A DNA stretch of 41,252 nt, taken from IMG/VR virus record IMGVR_UViG_3300045988_175715. One strand, 5' to 3'. Each line of letters opens with the position of its first letter. Positions within the stretch are counted from its first letter, which is position 1. Shown in pieces: positions 10,088 through 19,447 of this stretch. Position numbers and translations under genes: made by a program. The DNA comes from a virus. The notes below the pieces were generated by a model. That model saw only the letters and a list, made by a program, of their open reading frames with translations, was not told the DNA's origin and did not search any database.

Positions 10088-10489
10088 ATGCCGATAGACT
10101 TTGAAATAATGCCTTGCTTAGCATTGATAGCAATTATCTTGCTGAGTACATTCGTGCCGTTTATCACCTCGTGGTTACTTAAGATGCAATGCAACAAGCG
10201 AGAGCTGGCTTTTAGGTTCATCTCAAGGAAGTGGATAATTACAGTAATTCCGTGCGCCACTGTTGTGTACCTAGTTACTTTACACGAGTCACACATGGAA
10301 ACTAAATTGATTGCCTATATCATAATTTGGGCCTCGTGCGTTTCTGGGCTCTTTCTGCTTGGTGAGCATATAAGTCAGGCGCTTTCTAAGCTATACTCAA
10401 TTAAGTATAAAGACGTAAGCATCTCGTTTGATGCCGGCACTGATCACATTAAAATATCAGAAAAGGACAAGTGCGATGGGAAGCATTAA
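10088..10489 (+). CDS. Putative holin of 133 aa
   Basis: Three hydrophobic transmembrane-like segments and a charged C-terminus. It lies directly upstream of the spanin pair. Confidence 0.5.
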   Translation: MPIDFEIMPCLALIAIILLSTFVPFITSWLLKMQCNKRELAFRFISRKWIITVIPCATVVYLVTLHESHMETKLIAYIIIWASCVSGLFLLGEHISQALSKLYSIKYKDVSISFDAGTDHIKISEKDKCDGKH

Positions 10490-10748
10490 GCTACTAGGCG
10501 CTTTTTTAGCCCTGCTGCTAATTGTCTTGATGGTGTCAATTTGGTATGCCGAACGCCGCGAAGCAATTGGGTATGCTAGGGCGAAAACTGAAGTTAATGA
10601 ACTTATAAAAGTTAAGGAGCAAACAGATGATAAAATTACTCAAGCTTCTGTTGAAGTTAATAAGCGCTTTAATGAAATTAACAGCAGCAATAGCAGTTGC
10701 GCTGATTATTATAGCAGCCCTGTGCCTGCTGAGTGCTTGCTCGACTGA
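10476..10748 (+). CDS. Inner-membrane spanin subunit, Rz-like
   Basis: ATG at 10476 has ribosome-binding site AAGGA. The protein has one N-terminal transmembrane segment followed by a charged coiled-coil region. The outer-membrane spanin ORF overlaps it. Confidence 0.55.
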   Translation: MGSIKLLGAFLALLLIVLMVSIWYAERREAIGYARAKTEVNELIKVKEQTDDKITQASVEVNKRFNEINSSNSSCADYYSSPVPAECLLD

Positions 10749-10893
10749 GCGGGTAATTGTACAGAAAGTTCAATGCGCCCAGCTCGTTCGGCCGTCAATT
10801 AAGACCAATGGCGACCTTGTTCAATGGACAGCTTTTCTAGAACGCGCCTATGGCTTGTGCAACGAGCGGCCAATTTTGAAGAAAGTTAATTAA
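10627..10893 (+). CDS. Outer-membrane lipoprotein spanin, Rz1-like. It lies in a different frame, overlapping the 3' end of the inner-membrane spanin gene and extending beyond it.
   Basis: Ribosome-binding site AAGGAG. A signal peptide ends in the lipobox LLSAC. The position and frame relative to the inner-membrane spanin are classic. Confidence 0.6.
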   Translation: MIKLLKLLLKLISALMKLTAAIAVALIIIAALCLLSACSTERVIVQKVQCAQLVRPSIKTNGDLVQWTAFLERAYGLCNERPILKKVN

Positions 10894-10912
10894 GATGAAA
10901 GGAGATAATTAA

Positions 10913-11533
10913 ATGTTTGGTATGACCGGATTAACCAGTAAGCTTTCTGGCTCTTATTCTAAAGAGAAGTCTAAGACGCAGGAAAGTTCATACACTACGC
11001 AATTTAGGTCCGAGTTACTTGACGCTCTCAATGAAGCGGCCTTAGATAACCTTGATGCTTATAGCGACCTAATTAACACCGAAGACCCTCGGGCCACCGG
11101 AGCTTATGACACTTTGGGTCAACTTGCCGAAGATGGCAATATCGATGTAGATGCTATTATGGCGGCTGCTAAGCAACAGTCAGATGAAGCGCTCGGCCAG
11201 AGCTATCAGGACTTAGCTAGGTCTGTTGGTGCTGCCGACAACTCACTTGTGCAGGCTTTCTATGACGAGGCCGTTACCAATGCCGCGACTCAATTAGCAG
11301 GCAAACGTGCTGAACTCGAAGCCGAAGCCGGCAACCAGCAACTTAATGCGAGCCAGGTGTTACTTAACTCCTTGGCGCAAGATGAAGCAATTAGCTTGGA
11401 AGCACTGAACAGTTTGCTTGGCATATTGAAAGGTGCTGAAACTAAATCGCAAGGGACTAGCACGACTAGCAAAAGCGGTTACCAATTATCTAGTAGCATT
11501 GGGGGAAAGTTTAGTCCGAGCAGTCTTTTCTAA
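10913..11533 (+). CDS. Virion protein of 206 aa. Possibly an internal or ejection protein.
   Basis: ORF with ribosome-binding site AAGGAG. It precedes two large proteins, as in podovirus core-protein arrays. Confidence 0.4.
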   Translation: MFGMTGLTSKLSGSYSKEKSKTQESSYTTQFRSELLDALNEAALDNLDAYSDLINTEDPRATGAYDTLGQLAEDGNIDVDAIMAAAKQQSDEALGQSYQDLARSVGAADNSLVQAFYDEAVTNAATQLAGKRAELEAEAGNQQLNASQVLLNSLAQDEAISLEALNSLLGILKGAETKSQGTSTTSKSGYQLSSSIGGKFSPSSLF

Positions 11534-11551
11534 TTTGAAGGAGATTAAGTT

Positions 11552-13321
11552 ATGGCCGAAAATAGTAGTAAATTAAATCCGTTGACGGAAGAGGCCTTGG
11601 TTAATTACATTGTTGAGCACGAGAAAGTTCCTTATTCGTGGAGTAGCTCCAAGCCGCAAAACACCTTTAAGGAACTTGATGCCGCTCAATCTCCAGTAGG
11701 CGCCGCTTTGGCCCAGGAGTACATTGACCAAGCCAACTCAATTAACAACACTCAGCAAGAAGCACTTAATAGAGCCAAGCTCCAAGATGACATTGATACC
11801 AGTGAAACGGCTTTGCAGTTACTTAACCGCAAAGATGAAATCCGCAAGGAGTATGACAACTCAATTAGCTCTAAAATCCCGGGGCCGCTCAAGGTACTCT
11901 TGCCTTTCTTAGCCACAGGTGACATTGCATATCAGCAAGACCTTGCTCGGGTGGACAATCAGCTTAACGAGTTAAGTAAGCAGAAAGAGCAGAAAGACCT
12001 TAATTACACCGCCCGTATGATGCTGGCCACTGGGACTAACCCATTTGATGAACAGCGGGCCGCAAATTTGCAGAAGCAGTTCATGGACCAAAGGGAGACA
12101 ATTAGCTCTAGTGTTTCAACACCTAATACAGCCGACCTTTTAACTGATGTCTATAGAGCTGGGCAGAAAGCTAGTGGTAGAGGAAGCGGTGGCGGCGGTG
12201 GAGGAACTAAAGTAGCTGAAGCTTGGCAACCGCACTACAATATTTACAAGGATTCTAATAAACAGCGGATTGACTTGGCAAGTCAATTTAACGGCGGCGA
12301 ATACGCAACGCAACCTAAGTTTGTCGCGGCTAAAGCTGCTGCTAATGCTGGTGAAGAAGCCCTTAAAGTTGGTGACCCTGTGGTACTTAAAGAAAGCTGG
12401 ACAGTAGCTAATAAAGAAGCTGATGAAGGCTTTAAGGAAATTAGAAGCAACCTAAGTAAAGCAGGCCAAAGATTATTCGACGCGGCAATTAACGGTAATG
12501 GCGTATTAAATCAGCAGAACAAACCCATAGCTTCTGATTACTTTCTCGAAACCGCAAATGAATCTGTACCGTTTGAAGAAGCTGCTACGCTTGAGGGCCG
12601 AATTTTGCGTGATGCTAGATTAAGTTATCAAGGTAGAGTAATATCTGAATTTAACAAGTTACCGGAGCACGTACGCCGTACTGTTGCTGATGTATTTGCT
12701 AAGCAGAATAAAAGAGCATTTAACAGCGAAAGTCCTACTGATGTTCTGATGGCAGATATGTTGATTAGGAATAATGCGGGCGGTTTTTCTAAGGATATTC
12801 AGAATGCCTACCTCAACCAAATTAACTTTGACAAAATCTATGAAGATTCTGTGATTGCGGCTTCGAACAAGAATCAATTTACCAATGGTATTGAACAGGA
12901 GTTCGTTGACTTCACGCTGAATCGCCTTGGCGAAGTGGCCGAAAAAGGGCGCCCTGATTTGGGGAAGTTACTTAATGGTGTTAGCTTATATAAGCAAGAG
13001 GCAATTAACAGGCAGCTAAAAAATCCGCTTACGGGTCTTCAGGCCCTCAAGCTCTTGGCTGACAAGTATGTTAAAGCTAAGATAATCACGCCGCAAACTT
13101 ATGCTATAGTTAATGAAGCGTTGGAATCTCCTGATGTTACCAATATGTTTATTGACTTTAAGCAAGTTCAATACACTGAGGGTAGCTATGGGATTAAGAG
13201 CTTGACTGCTGTCAATGACCTTCCAACTATAGCAAGTCAAATTAACCAATTCCGCAATAGACAAATGGCGTCTATTAGGAACATTAACAATAGGAGTACA
13301 TCTAATGGCAAACGTGAATGA
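11552..13321 (+). CDS. Large virion protein of 589 aa. Possibly an internal core protein.
   Basis: ORF with ribosome-binding site AAGGAG and a Gly run GRGSGGGGGG. Confidence 0.4.
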   Translation: MAENSSKLNPLTEEALVNYIVEHEKVPYSWSSSKPQNTFKELDAAQSPVGAALAQEYIDQANSINNTQQEALNRAKLQDDIDTSETALQLLNRKDEIRKEYDNSISSKIPGPLKVLLPFLATGDIAYQQDLARVDNQLNELSKQKEQKDLNYTARMMLATGTNPFDEQRAANLQKQFMDQRETISSSVSTPNTADLLTDVYRAGQKASGRGSGGGGGGTKVAEAWQPHYNIYKDSNKQRIDLASQFNGGEYATQPKFVAAKAAANAGEEALKVGDPVVLKESWTVANKEADEGFKEIRSNLSKAGQRLFDAAINGNGVLNQQNKPIASDYFLETANESVPFEEAATLEGRILRDARLSYQGRVISEFNKLPEHVRRTVADVFAKQNKRAFNSESPTDVLMADMLIRNNAGGFSKDIQNAYLNQINFDKIYEDSVIAASNKNQFTNGIEQEFVDFTLNRLGEVAEKGRPDLGKLLNGVSLYKQEAINRQLKNPLTGLQALKLLADKYVKAKIITPQTYAIVNEALESPDVTNMFIDFKQVQYTEGSYGIKSLTAVNDLPTIASQINQFRNRQMASIRNINNRSTSNGKRE

Positions 13322-16300
13322 AGCTCTGCCGCCTGAAGTGGAAGAGTTGCTTGGGTTGCAATTTGTCAAAGAAGAGATAATTGACGATGCGATGCCCAAG
13401 CAAGAGCGAGCTGCTAAGCAGGTTGGTGAAGTTAATGAAGCCCAACTTCAAGCTGAGCAGCAAGCAGCTATTGAAGACTTACTTGTGAACTACGAGTCAA
13501 CCCCTGATGGCTTAGCTCAAACTGTTATGCCTGATGAAGTTGAAATGGACGAGCTTCTTGCTCCTGTCATTGATGCTAAAGTTCAGGAAGATATTATTAA
13601 AAGTGAACAAGCTGCGAATGGTGCCGCGAAAGAGTCTTCTGGCGGTTTTGTTGATAAGTTAATTAAGGGCGCCGGTTTCGTAGTTGACTCAATTACCTTG
13701 CCGACTCAATTAGCGGCTAAAGCCGGAAAAGCGGTCGGAGAAGCTGTTGTCGATGCAACCAAAGCTACCTATGAATTTGGCTCTAATGTTGGCGAAGTGG
13801 TGGCTGCAGGTGTAGTGGCTAATGAAGATAAACCAGTTGGCGAACGCATTGTTGGCACCGCTGAGTCAATTGCCGGAATCGGCTACTTGGCGGCCCTGAA
13901 CACGCCCAAAGCAACTGCTAACATTGGCGACTTCTTAATTAACTCTGCCCGCAGAGCGGCCGGTGCATCAGGTGATTTCCATGGGTTTCGCAACATAGTT
14001 GATCAAGCTTATGATTTCATCGGACTTAATGGCCGCGATGATGCTGAGAGTTACGCAGCTATAACCGAGGCAATTACCGGTCAGGCTGACGAGCCCAACG
14101 AGGCCCAACTTTTCGCCGGGCGGTTCCTTGGGAACCTTGCGTCAATTGGAGGCGCAATGGGAATTACCAATCGAGCTATGGGAATTAAAGCAGGTTGGTA
14201 TGGGAATAAAAGCCAGTGGGCCGCTTACGAGAAAGCCAGTTCATTAGCTTCTATCGGCATTAAACCGATTGGCGAAGTGGCAACTCAATTAGCTATTCCA
14301 CTTAGCCGCAATGTTGCTCAGGCCGCGACTAGAGCTGGAATTGGTGAACTTGCATTCTTAGGGGCTTCTTATGAAGACTCTTATGGTAAAGCAGTTGATG
14401 AATACCTGAATGTGTATAAGGAGTCGCCTAAGTGGTCTTGGGGATTGCTGCTTGGTGGAACCGCTTTTGAGTCTATCGCAACGATGCGGCAAGCCAAGAA
14501 TACACTTAATCAGCTTACACGCCAAGCTAACTCAGTGTTCAAGCAGCGCGCTTCAATTAAGCCCACCACAAATTTCGCCTTCGGGGAACAAGTTCTTAAT
14601 AACTCTATTGCTTTTGTTGCGGCTAAGGAATCAGGTAAGCAGCTTTCCCAAGTTGATCAGGTTATTACGGCCGACCTTTCTGATTTACTTGCTAAGGGAA
14701 AAATCGACTCGAAGCTGTTTTCTGATGCCAAGGCCGAATTGACTCAAATGAAGTCAATGAACAACCAGATGAGTAAACAGTTACTTGGGAAGCTTACGAA
14801 AAATCCGCGTGAAGCTTTAGTGCTGAGTAACTTAGCTGACCAGAATCCAATGCTCTTAGCTGCTACTGACAGCATTAAGGACTATAAGACCTTGCTGAAA
14901 AATGAGCCTGTTAAAGCGGGCCAAAATTTGAAGTCAATTAGCTTAGACCAAATTAATGACCGCGCCAAGAAAAATCCGCAGAAGAGCTACTTTGTAGTTC
15001 ACGAAGATGGCACTGTTACTCCGGCTGCACAAATCAAGCCGAGGTTCATTGACTACGCCAAGAAGAGTGATTTTACTCGTGATGCCTCCGGCTTTATCCA
15101 GTACAGGGTTGGCAAGAAAGGTTTGCTTAACACACTGACTGTTGACCCTCGAGTAACTGCGCCAACTTTCGACACCGCCGAAGCTTATGCCTACTTAATT
15201 AAAGCTAATGCTGAGAAGCTGGGTAAAGTGAGTAAAGAGGGCCAGCTTGTGAATAAAAAGATAATTGAGTCCATGGACAAAATGGCGCCCAAAAATCCGT
15301 GGGTCGCTAATGCACTTGCACAGTTAATTGAGGACCAGCCGAAAATTGCCTCCAAGATGGTTTTGGCCACTCCGAAGTCTTACCGGACTATGGCTGATAG
15401 ATTTACCAAGCACTATCTGCTGCGTAAATTAGACCTCGGGCTGGCCGACGACTTAGTTGCTGAAGTGCAAAAATTCGGCTACGAAGTTACTGACCAGTCC
15501 AAGTTTGTAAGCCGGCTTTACAAAGGGCAACTTAATCGAGATGTCAACTCAAGCGGCCTTCGAGATGCTGGCTGGAACAAGCTTGACTTGACTCCTCAGG
15601 ATAAGTTAGTCATTGAAGTTGACTCGGCTAAACTTAATGAGTATGAGCAGATGCAAAATGCTCGGGCGATTTCGGAAGCTAATGCCGCGAATTTTAGCCA
15701 ACAGTTAATTAACATCGGTCAAGGAAATCCGGCCCTGAGAGGCCTTGCCGATATGTTCACGAAGAATCCTCTGGTTGACCAAGTTCGGCAGGTTGATGAC
15801 ATCGTGGGTAGCCACTTGCCCGGCGCCCTGGGTAACCTGTTCAGTAAGATGTATAACTACATTGGTGATACTACAATGGCGGCCGTCAATCGGCTTACAG
15901 AGTTAAGTAACAACTCTATGTACAAGTATCTTACTGACCGGATGCAGCCTCTTAAGCAGGTGGGTGAAAAACTGGGCGAAATTGAGAAGGTGCAACTTAA
16001 TAAGTTTGCCAAGCTAACTAAGATGGGCTTCGAAATTGGCGACGATTTCACCTTGATGACTACGTCTAAGGTGGTTAATGGAGAGCAGATTGAGATGCTT
16101 TCTACGAGAAATGCCATCGCCATAGACAGAGCTGAGCAGATTGGGTTGCTTACTCCAGACCAAGCTAATAGCTACCGCAACTTAGAGACAACGGCATTGC
16201 CAGACTTAGCTAACATTGCTGAGGGCAAAACTCTGGAGTTGAGCGAATCTACAGAAGAGTTCCTTAGCTTGTATAAGTCAATTAACAATGAGCTATACAG

Positions 16301-18632
16301 CGGGCGCAAGCAGATTGTCAGGGCGTTTGGTGGCAATGCACAGTATACGCAGCCTTTCCACATTGCCAACAAACTGGGCTCTGAAGTTAATTTCATCTAT
16401 GATGGCGACCAGTTAATTAGCACCGTAACTGCAAATTCGGCTAAGGAGCTAAAAGCGGCTACTGCTAAGGAACTTGAACTTCTCAATCAGTACTCGCCTA
16501 TGTGGGCCGGCAAGGGTTCTAAGCTACAGGTGAAATCTCGGGCCGACGTCCAGCGTGACCACTTAATTGACCCCGATGAAGAGTGGCTCGGTTGGGTTAA
16601 TGCTGCTGGAGAGTACAGTAAGTTGAAGTACAACAGCGGGCGCTTAGACAGGACGTCAATTGGCTTGGCCTTCGAATACGACCCGGACATTGCCTCGACC
16701 TTGTATAACGACTTAATTAAGCGTGGCCAAGGTTTGGGCAAGATGTACCAAGGGGCGTTCTTTAATCGGGAGGCGCAATATGCCAAGATGCTTGGCGAGA
16801 ATGCTGGCACCTCTCCTGAGGTTCGGACGGCGATTCGCGAGTACATTAACTTACTGAACGGCCGCTCCGTTAATACCTCGCCGACGGTTCAGAAGTTCAA
16901 TGAAGTGGTTGACAGCTTCTACAGTTCAATGTGCGATTTGCACTCAAGTAAGTTGAATGACCAAATTGCCCATGACTTGAAGATTGCCGATGAGCAGAAG
17001 CTGATGGCTAATGTAATCGGGAAGCTGCCAAAAGCTAATGCCCTTGGAGTAACACATAAACTTCAGCAACTTGTAAACTGGAGCTTGCTTCGCTTTGGGC
17101 GCATGAGCCAGGCTGTACTTAATGTACTCGGCGTTGTGCCAATGAGCCACTTTGCCACTATGTCACTTAACCCGACTAAGTGGGAAGACGCCGCTAGCTA
17201 TGCTGCTCGAGTTGGCTTCTACGGGCGCGAAGTTGATATGGCTCAGCGTTGGGGCACTGTTGATTGGCTTGGTGCTTTCTTCGAGGCAACTAAGAAGCAG
17301 TTTAGTAAGAAAGGCAAGGTGATTCTTCAGCTGGCAGAAAAACAGGGGTATGTTAGCCGAGATGCCAACATGCTTCGTGACATTGTCTTCGAGCCAACTA
17401 AAGTAGCGGCCGATTCTGGGCTGTTCAAGCAAGCTTTGAAGTTAATTAACAAAGGTGCCACAGCGGCCGCCGACCAGACGGAAGAGTTAAGTAGGTCTTT
17501 CAGCTTCCTGATGGGCCACGAACTTGCTGGGCGCGCTGGCTTGAAGACTCAGCAAATGAGGTTCATCTTTGCTAAGCAGTTCTCTGACAACGTTGTTGGT
17601 AATTACAGCGTGCTGAATAAACCTAATGTATACAGAGGTGCTGTGCCTGCGCTACTTGGAACCTTTAAGACGTACAAGCTCAATGTAATGCAACAGTTAC
17701 TTGACGCCTACTCTCTGGGAAACGCCTCAGTGCTCAAAGCCTTTGGGACGCAGTACTTGACTTTCGGACTTAATTCGCTTCCTTTTAGTCAAGTAATGCA
17801 GAATGTGATTTTCCCGGTTGAGGGCGAAGAGGATACTTATAGTTACTTGAGAAATATCTTGGGAAGCGACTCCGCTGCTCGGGCCGCAATGTACACCCTA
17901 GGCTCACTTGTTGATACTGACTTAAGTAGCCGTGGCGACATCGACCCTGTTACTGGAGGCTTCCTGCCAATTAACGGTTCATTCACATTGCAGGACATTA
18001 GCCCTGTTGTGTCAATGTTGGACGATTCTGTTAATTTGGTTAAAGATATGTATGGGGCAATGAAGAGCAAAGTTGGCCTGAGCGCCCATCGGCTTCAAGA
18101 GTTAATTAGCCAGTATTCGCCGGTGTCGTCAATTAGGGCTTTTGCTAAATTGGGCAACCAAATGTATGACGAAAACGGTAATGAGTTTACTTACTCAGTT
18201 GACCGCAATGGTAATATCCAGCGGATTAACAGCCTAGTTACTGCACTTGGTTTCAACTCAATTGAGCAAGCTGAAAATTGGCGCCTCGAATCCCGAATGC
18301 GGGCTAGGGACGCAATTAACCAAGAGAAACTTAATGACCTTCGAAAAGCATTTAAGGCCGGCTTTAGGTTCTTACGGTCAGGTAACGTGCAAATTGATAC
18401 TGACTTAATTACCAAAGCATTCGAGGGTTACATTAAGTCTGGTGGCTCACTTGACGCATTCATACCTTGGGCGCAGGCACAGTATAATGCTGCTACTATG
18501 ACTAAGGTTGACAGGCAGATTGAGTTGCTTGGCTCGCAGGACAGTGTTGCGGCGTTTAATGATATGCAGAAGTTAATGAGTGCTTCTTCCTATGAAGCCT
18601 ACAGGGACTTGTTCGAGCCACTTGAAGACTAG
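13305..18632 (+). CDS. Very large virion protein of 1775 aa. It could be an internal core or ejection protein, or a tape-measure-like protein.
   Basis: Single 5.3-kb ORF rich in Ala, Gly, Lys and Gln. It is the last gene of the structural operon. Confidence 0.45.
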   Translation: MANVNEALPPEVEELLGLQFVKEEIIDDAMPKQERAAKQVGEVNEAQLQAEQQAAIEDLLVNYESTPDGLAQTVMPDEVEMDELLAPVIDAKVQEDIIKSEQAANGAAKESSGGFVDKLIKGAGFVVDSITLPTQLAAKAGKAVGEAVVDATKATYEFGSNVGEVVAAGVVANEDKPVGERIVGTAESIAGIGYLAALNTPKATANIGDFLINSARRAAGASGDFHGFRNIVDQAYDFIGLNGRDDAESYAAITEAITGQADEPNEAQLFAGRFLGNLASIGGAMGITNRAMGIKAGWYGNKSQWAAYEKASSLASIGIKPIGEVATQLAIPLSRNVAQAATRAGIGELAFLGASYEDSYGKAVDEYLNVYKESPKWSWGLLLGGTAFESIATMRQAKNTLNQLTRQANSVFKQRASIKPTTNFAFGEQVLNNSIAFVAAKESGKQLSQVDQVITADLSDLLAKGKIDSKLFSDAKAELTQMKSMNNQMSKQLLGKLTKNPREALVLSNLADQNPMLLAATDSIKDYKTLLKNEPVKAGQNLKSISLDQINDRAKKNPQKSYFVVHEDGTVTPAAQIKPRFIDYAKKSDFTRDASGFIQYRVGKKGLLNTLTVDPRVTAPTFDTAEAYAYLIKANAEKLGKVSKEGQLVNKKIIESMDKMAPKNPWVANALAQLIEDQPKIASKMVLATPKSYRTMADRFTKHYLLRKLDLGLADDLVAEVQKFGYEVTDQSKFVSRLYKGQLNRDVNSSGLRDAGWNKLDLTPQDKLVIEVDSAKLNEYEQMQNARAISEANAANFSQQLINIGQGNPALRGLADMFTKNPLVDQVRQVDDIVGSHLPGALGNLFSKMYNYIGDTTMAAVNRLTELSNNSMYKYLTDRMQPLKQVGEKLGEIEKVQLNKFAKLTKMGFEIGDDFTLMTTSKVVNGEQIEMLSTRNAIAIDRAEQIGLLTPDQANSYRNLETTALPDLANIAEGKTLELSESTEEFLSLYKSINNELYSGRKQIVRAFGGNAQYTQPFHIANKLGSEVNFIYDGDQLISTVTANSAKELKAATAKELELLNQYSPMWAGKGSKLQVKSRADVQRDHLIDPDEEWLGWVNAAGEYSKLKYNSGRLDRTSIGLAFEYDPDIASTLYNDLIKRGQGLGKMYQGAFFNREAQYAKMLGENAGTSPEVRTAIREYINLLNGRSVNTSPTVQKFNEVVDSFYSSMCDLHSSKLNDQIAHDLKIADEQKLMANVIGKLPKANALGVTHKLQQLVNWSLLRFGRMSQAVLNVLGVVPMSHFATMSLNPTKWEDAASYAARVGFYGREVDMAQRWGTVDWLGAFFEATKKQFSKKGKVILQLAEKQGYVSRDANMLRDIVFEPTKVAADSGLFKQALKLINKGATAAADQTEELSRSFSFLMGHELAGRAGLKTQQMRFIFAKQFSDNVVGNYSVLNKPNVYRGAVPALLGTFKTYKLNVMQQLLDAYSLGNASVLKAFGTQYLTFGLNSLPFSQVMQNVIFPVEGEEDTYSYLRNILGSDSAARAAMYTLGSLVDTDLSSRGDIDPVTGGFLPINGSFTLQDISPVVSMLDDSVNLVKDMYGAMKSKVGLSAHRLQELISQYSPVSSIRAFAKLGNQMYDENGNEFTYSVDRNGNIQRINSLVTALGFNSIEQAENWRLESRMRARDAINQEKLNDLRKAFKAGFRFLRSGNVQIDTDLITKAFEGYIKSGGSLDAFIPWAQAQYNAATMTKVDRQIELLGSQDSVAAFNDMQKLMSASSYEAYRDLFEPLED

Positions 18633-18747
18633 GGCACCGGGGTGCCCAGTGGGCACAAAACAAAGGAATTAAATTGAAAGGAGGATAAAGAAAATTAGAG
18701 TACAAAAATAGGGTGGAATCTTAATTGATTCCACCCTTTCTTTTTGC
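18632..18747. terminator. Convergent, bidirectional terminator region between the two gene blocks
   Basis: gggcaccggggtgccc forms one hairpin. gggtggaatcttaattgattccaccc forms a second, flanked by an A-tract upstream and by tttctttttg downstream. It works as an intrinsic terminator on both strands. Confidence 0.65.
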
Positions 18748-18781
18748 TTCCTTAACTTGCGTTAAGTTGATACGATTTAAT

Positions 18782-19426
18782 TTAGGAGTGATGTTCTGGC
18801 AGGTTAAAGTAGCTTGGCTCTCGAAAAGTGGCCTCTCGAAGATTCGGGTGAATCTTCTCACCTTTGAAGTGGTAGTCTGCTTCATCGAGATAATTAGCTG
18901 TTACTTCGCCCCTTAACACATAATTCGAGATGATGCGCAAAGCCCGAGGAACTTGCGTGGCCCATTTTGAGTCTGCGAGTTCATTGAGCATTTTAAGTGC
19001 ATTAACATCTGTCATCATTTCTTGAAACTTGAGGGCCGCAGCTCGGAAGTTAACGAACTTCGAAAATCCGTAGTGCCCTAAGTTGAATATCAAGTAGCCG
19101 AAGACTGGCCTGATGACCTTGCTCTTGTACTCGGGCTGCGATTCTGCCAAGTTAATTGACTTCACAATATCATTAGCGGCCCAGCAGACAAGTTGATTGC
19201 GGTCTAGCTTCAAGCCTTTTTCAAGCCGCAATTTGTCTTCAGCTGTTAATTTATGACCCAACCCAATGGTCTGGTTTCCAGTGGTATCTGTGTACAGTAT
19301 GTCCGACCAGCTCTCAATTAAGTAGTACAAGTAAATTGTGCCCTGTGAAATTTTGAGCTCCGGCCAGTGGGCTTGGATTCGTTTAGTTATGGCGCTTATA
19401 ACCAAGCGCCGCTTATCTATTCCCAT
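18782..19426 (-). CDS. Endolysin, a T4-lysozyme-like GH24 muramidase
   Basis: IESWSDILYTDTTGNQTIGLGH matches the T4L catalytic region E-x8-D-T-x-G-x-x-T-I-G-x-G-H. A C-terminal SKWATQVPRALRIIS resembles T4L SRWYNQTPNRAKRVIT. Confidence 0.7.
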   Translation of the reverse strand: MGIDKRRLVISAITKRIQAHWPELKISQGTIYLYYLIESWSDILYTDTTGNQTIGLGHKLTAEDKLRLEKGLKLDRNQLVCWAANDIVKSINLAESQPEYKSKVIRPVFGYLIFNLGHYGFSKFVNFRAAALKFQEMMTDVNALKMLNELADSKWATQVPRALRIISNYVLRGEVTANYLDEADYHFKGEKIHPNLREATFREPSYFNLPEHHS

Positions 19427-19447
19427 AGTTAATTGCCTTTCCTAAGT

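Noticed and set aside
18661-18700. Strong Shine-Dalgarno-like AAAGGAGG with no gene
   Set aside because: No start codon lies within 5-12 nt. It lies between two terminator hairpins and is probably incidental.
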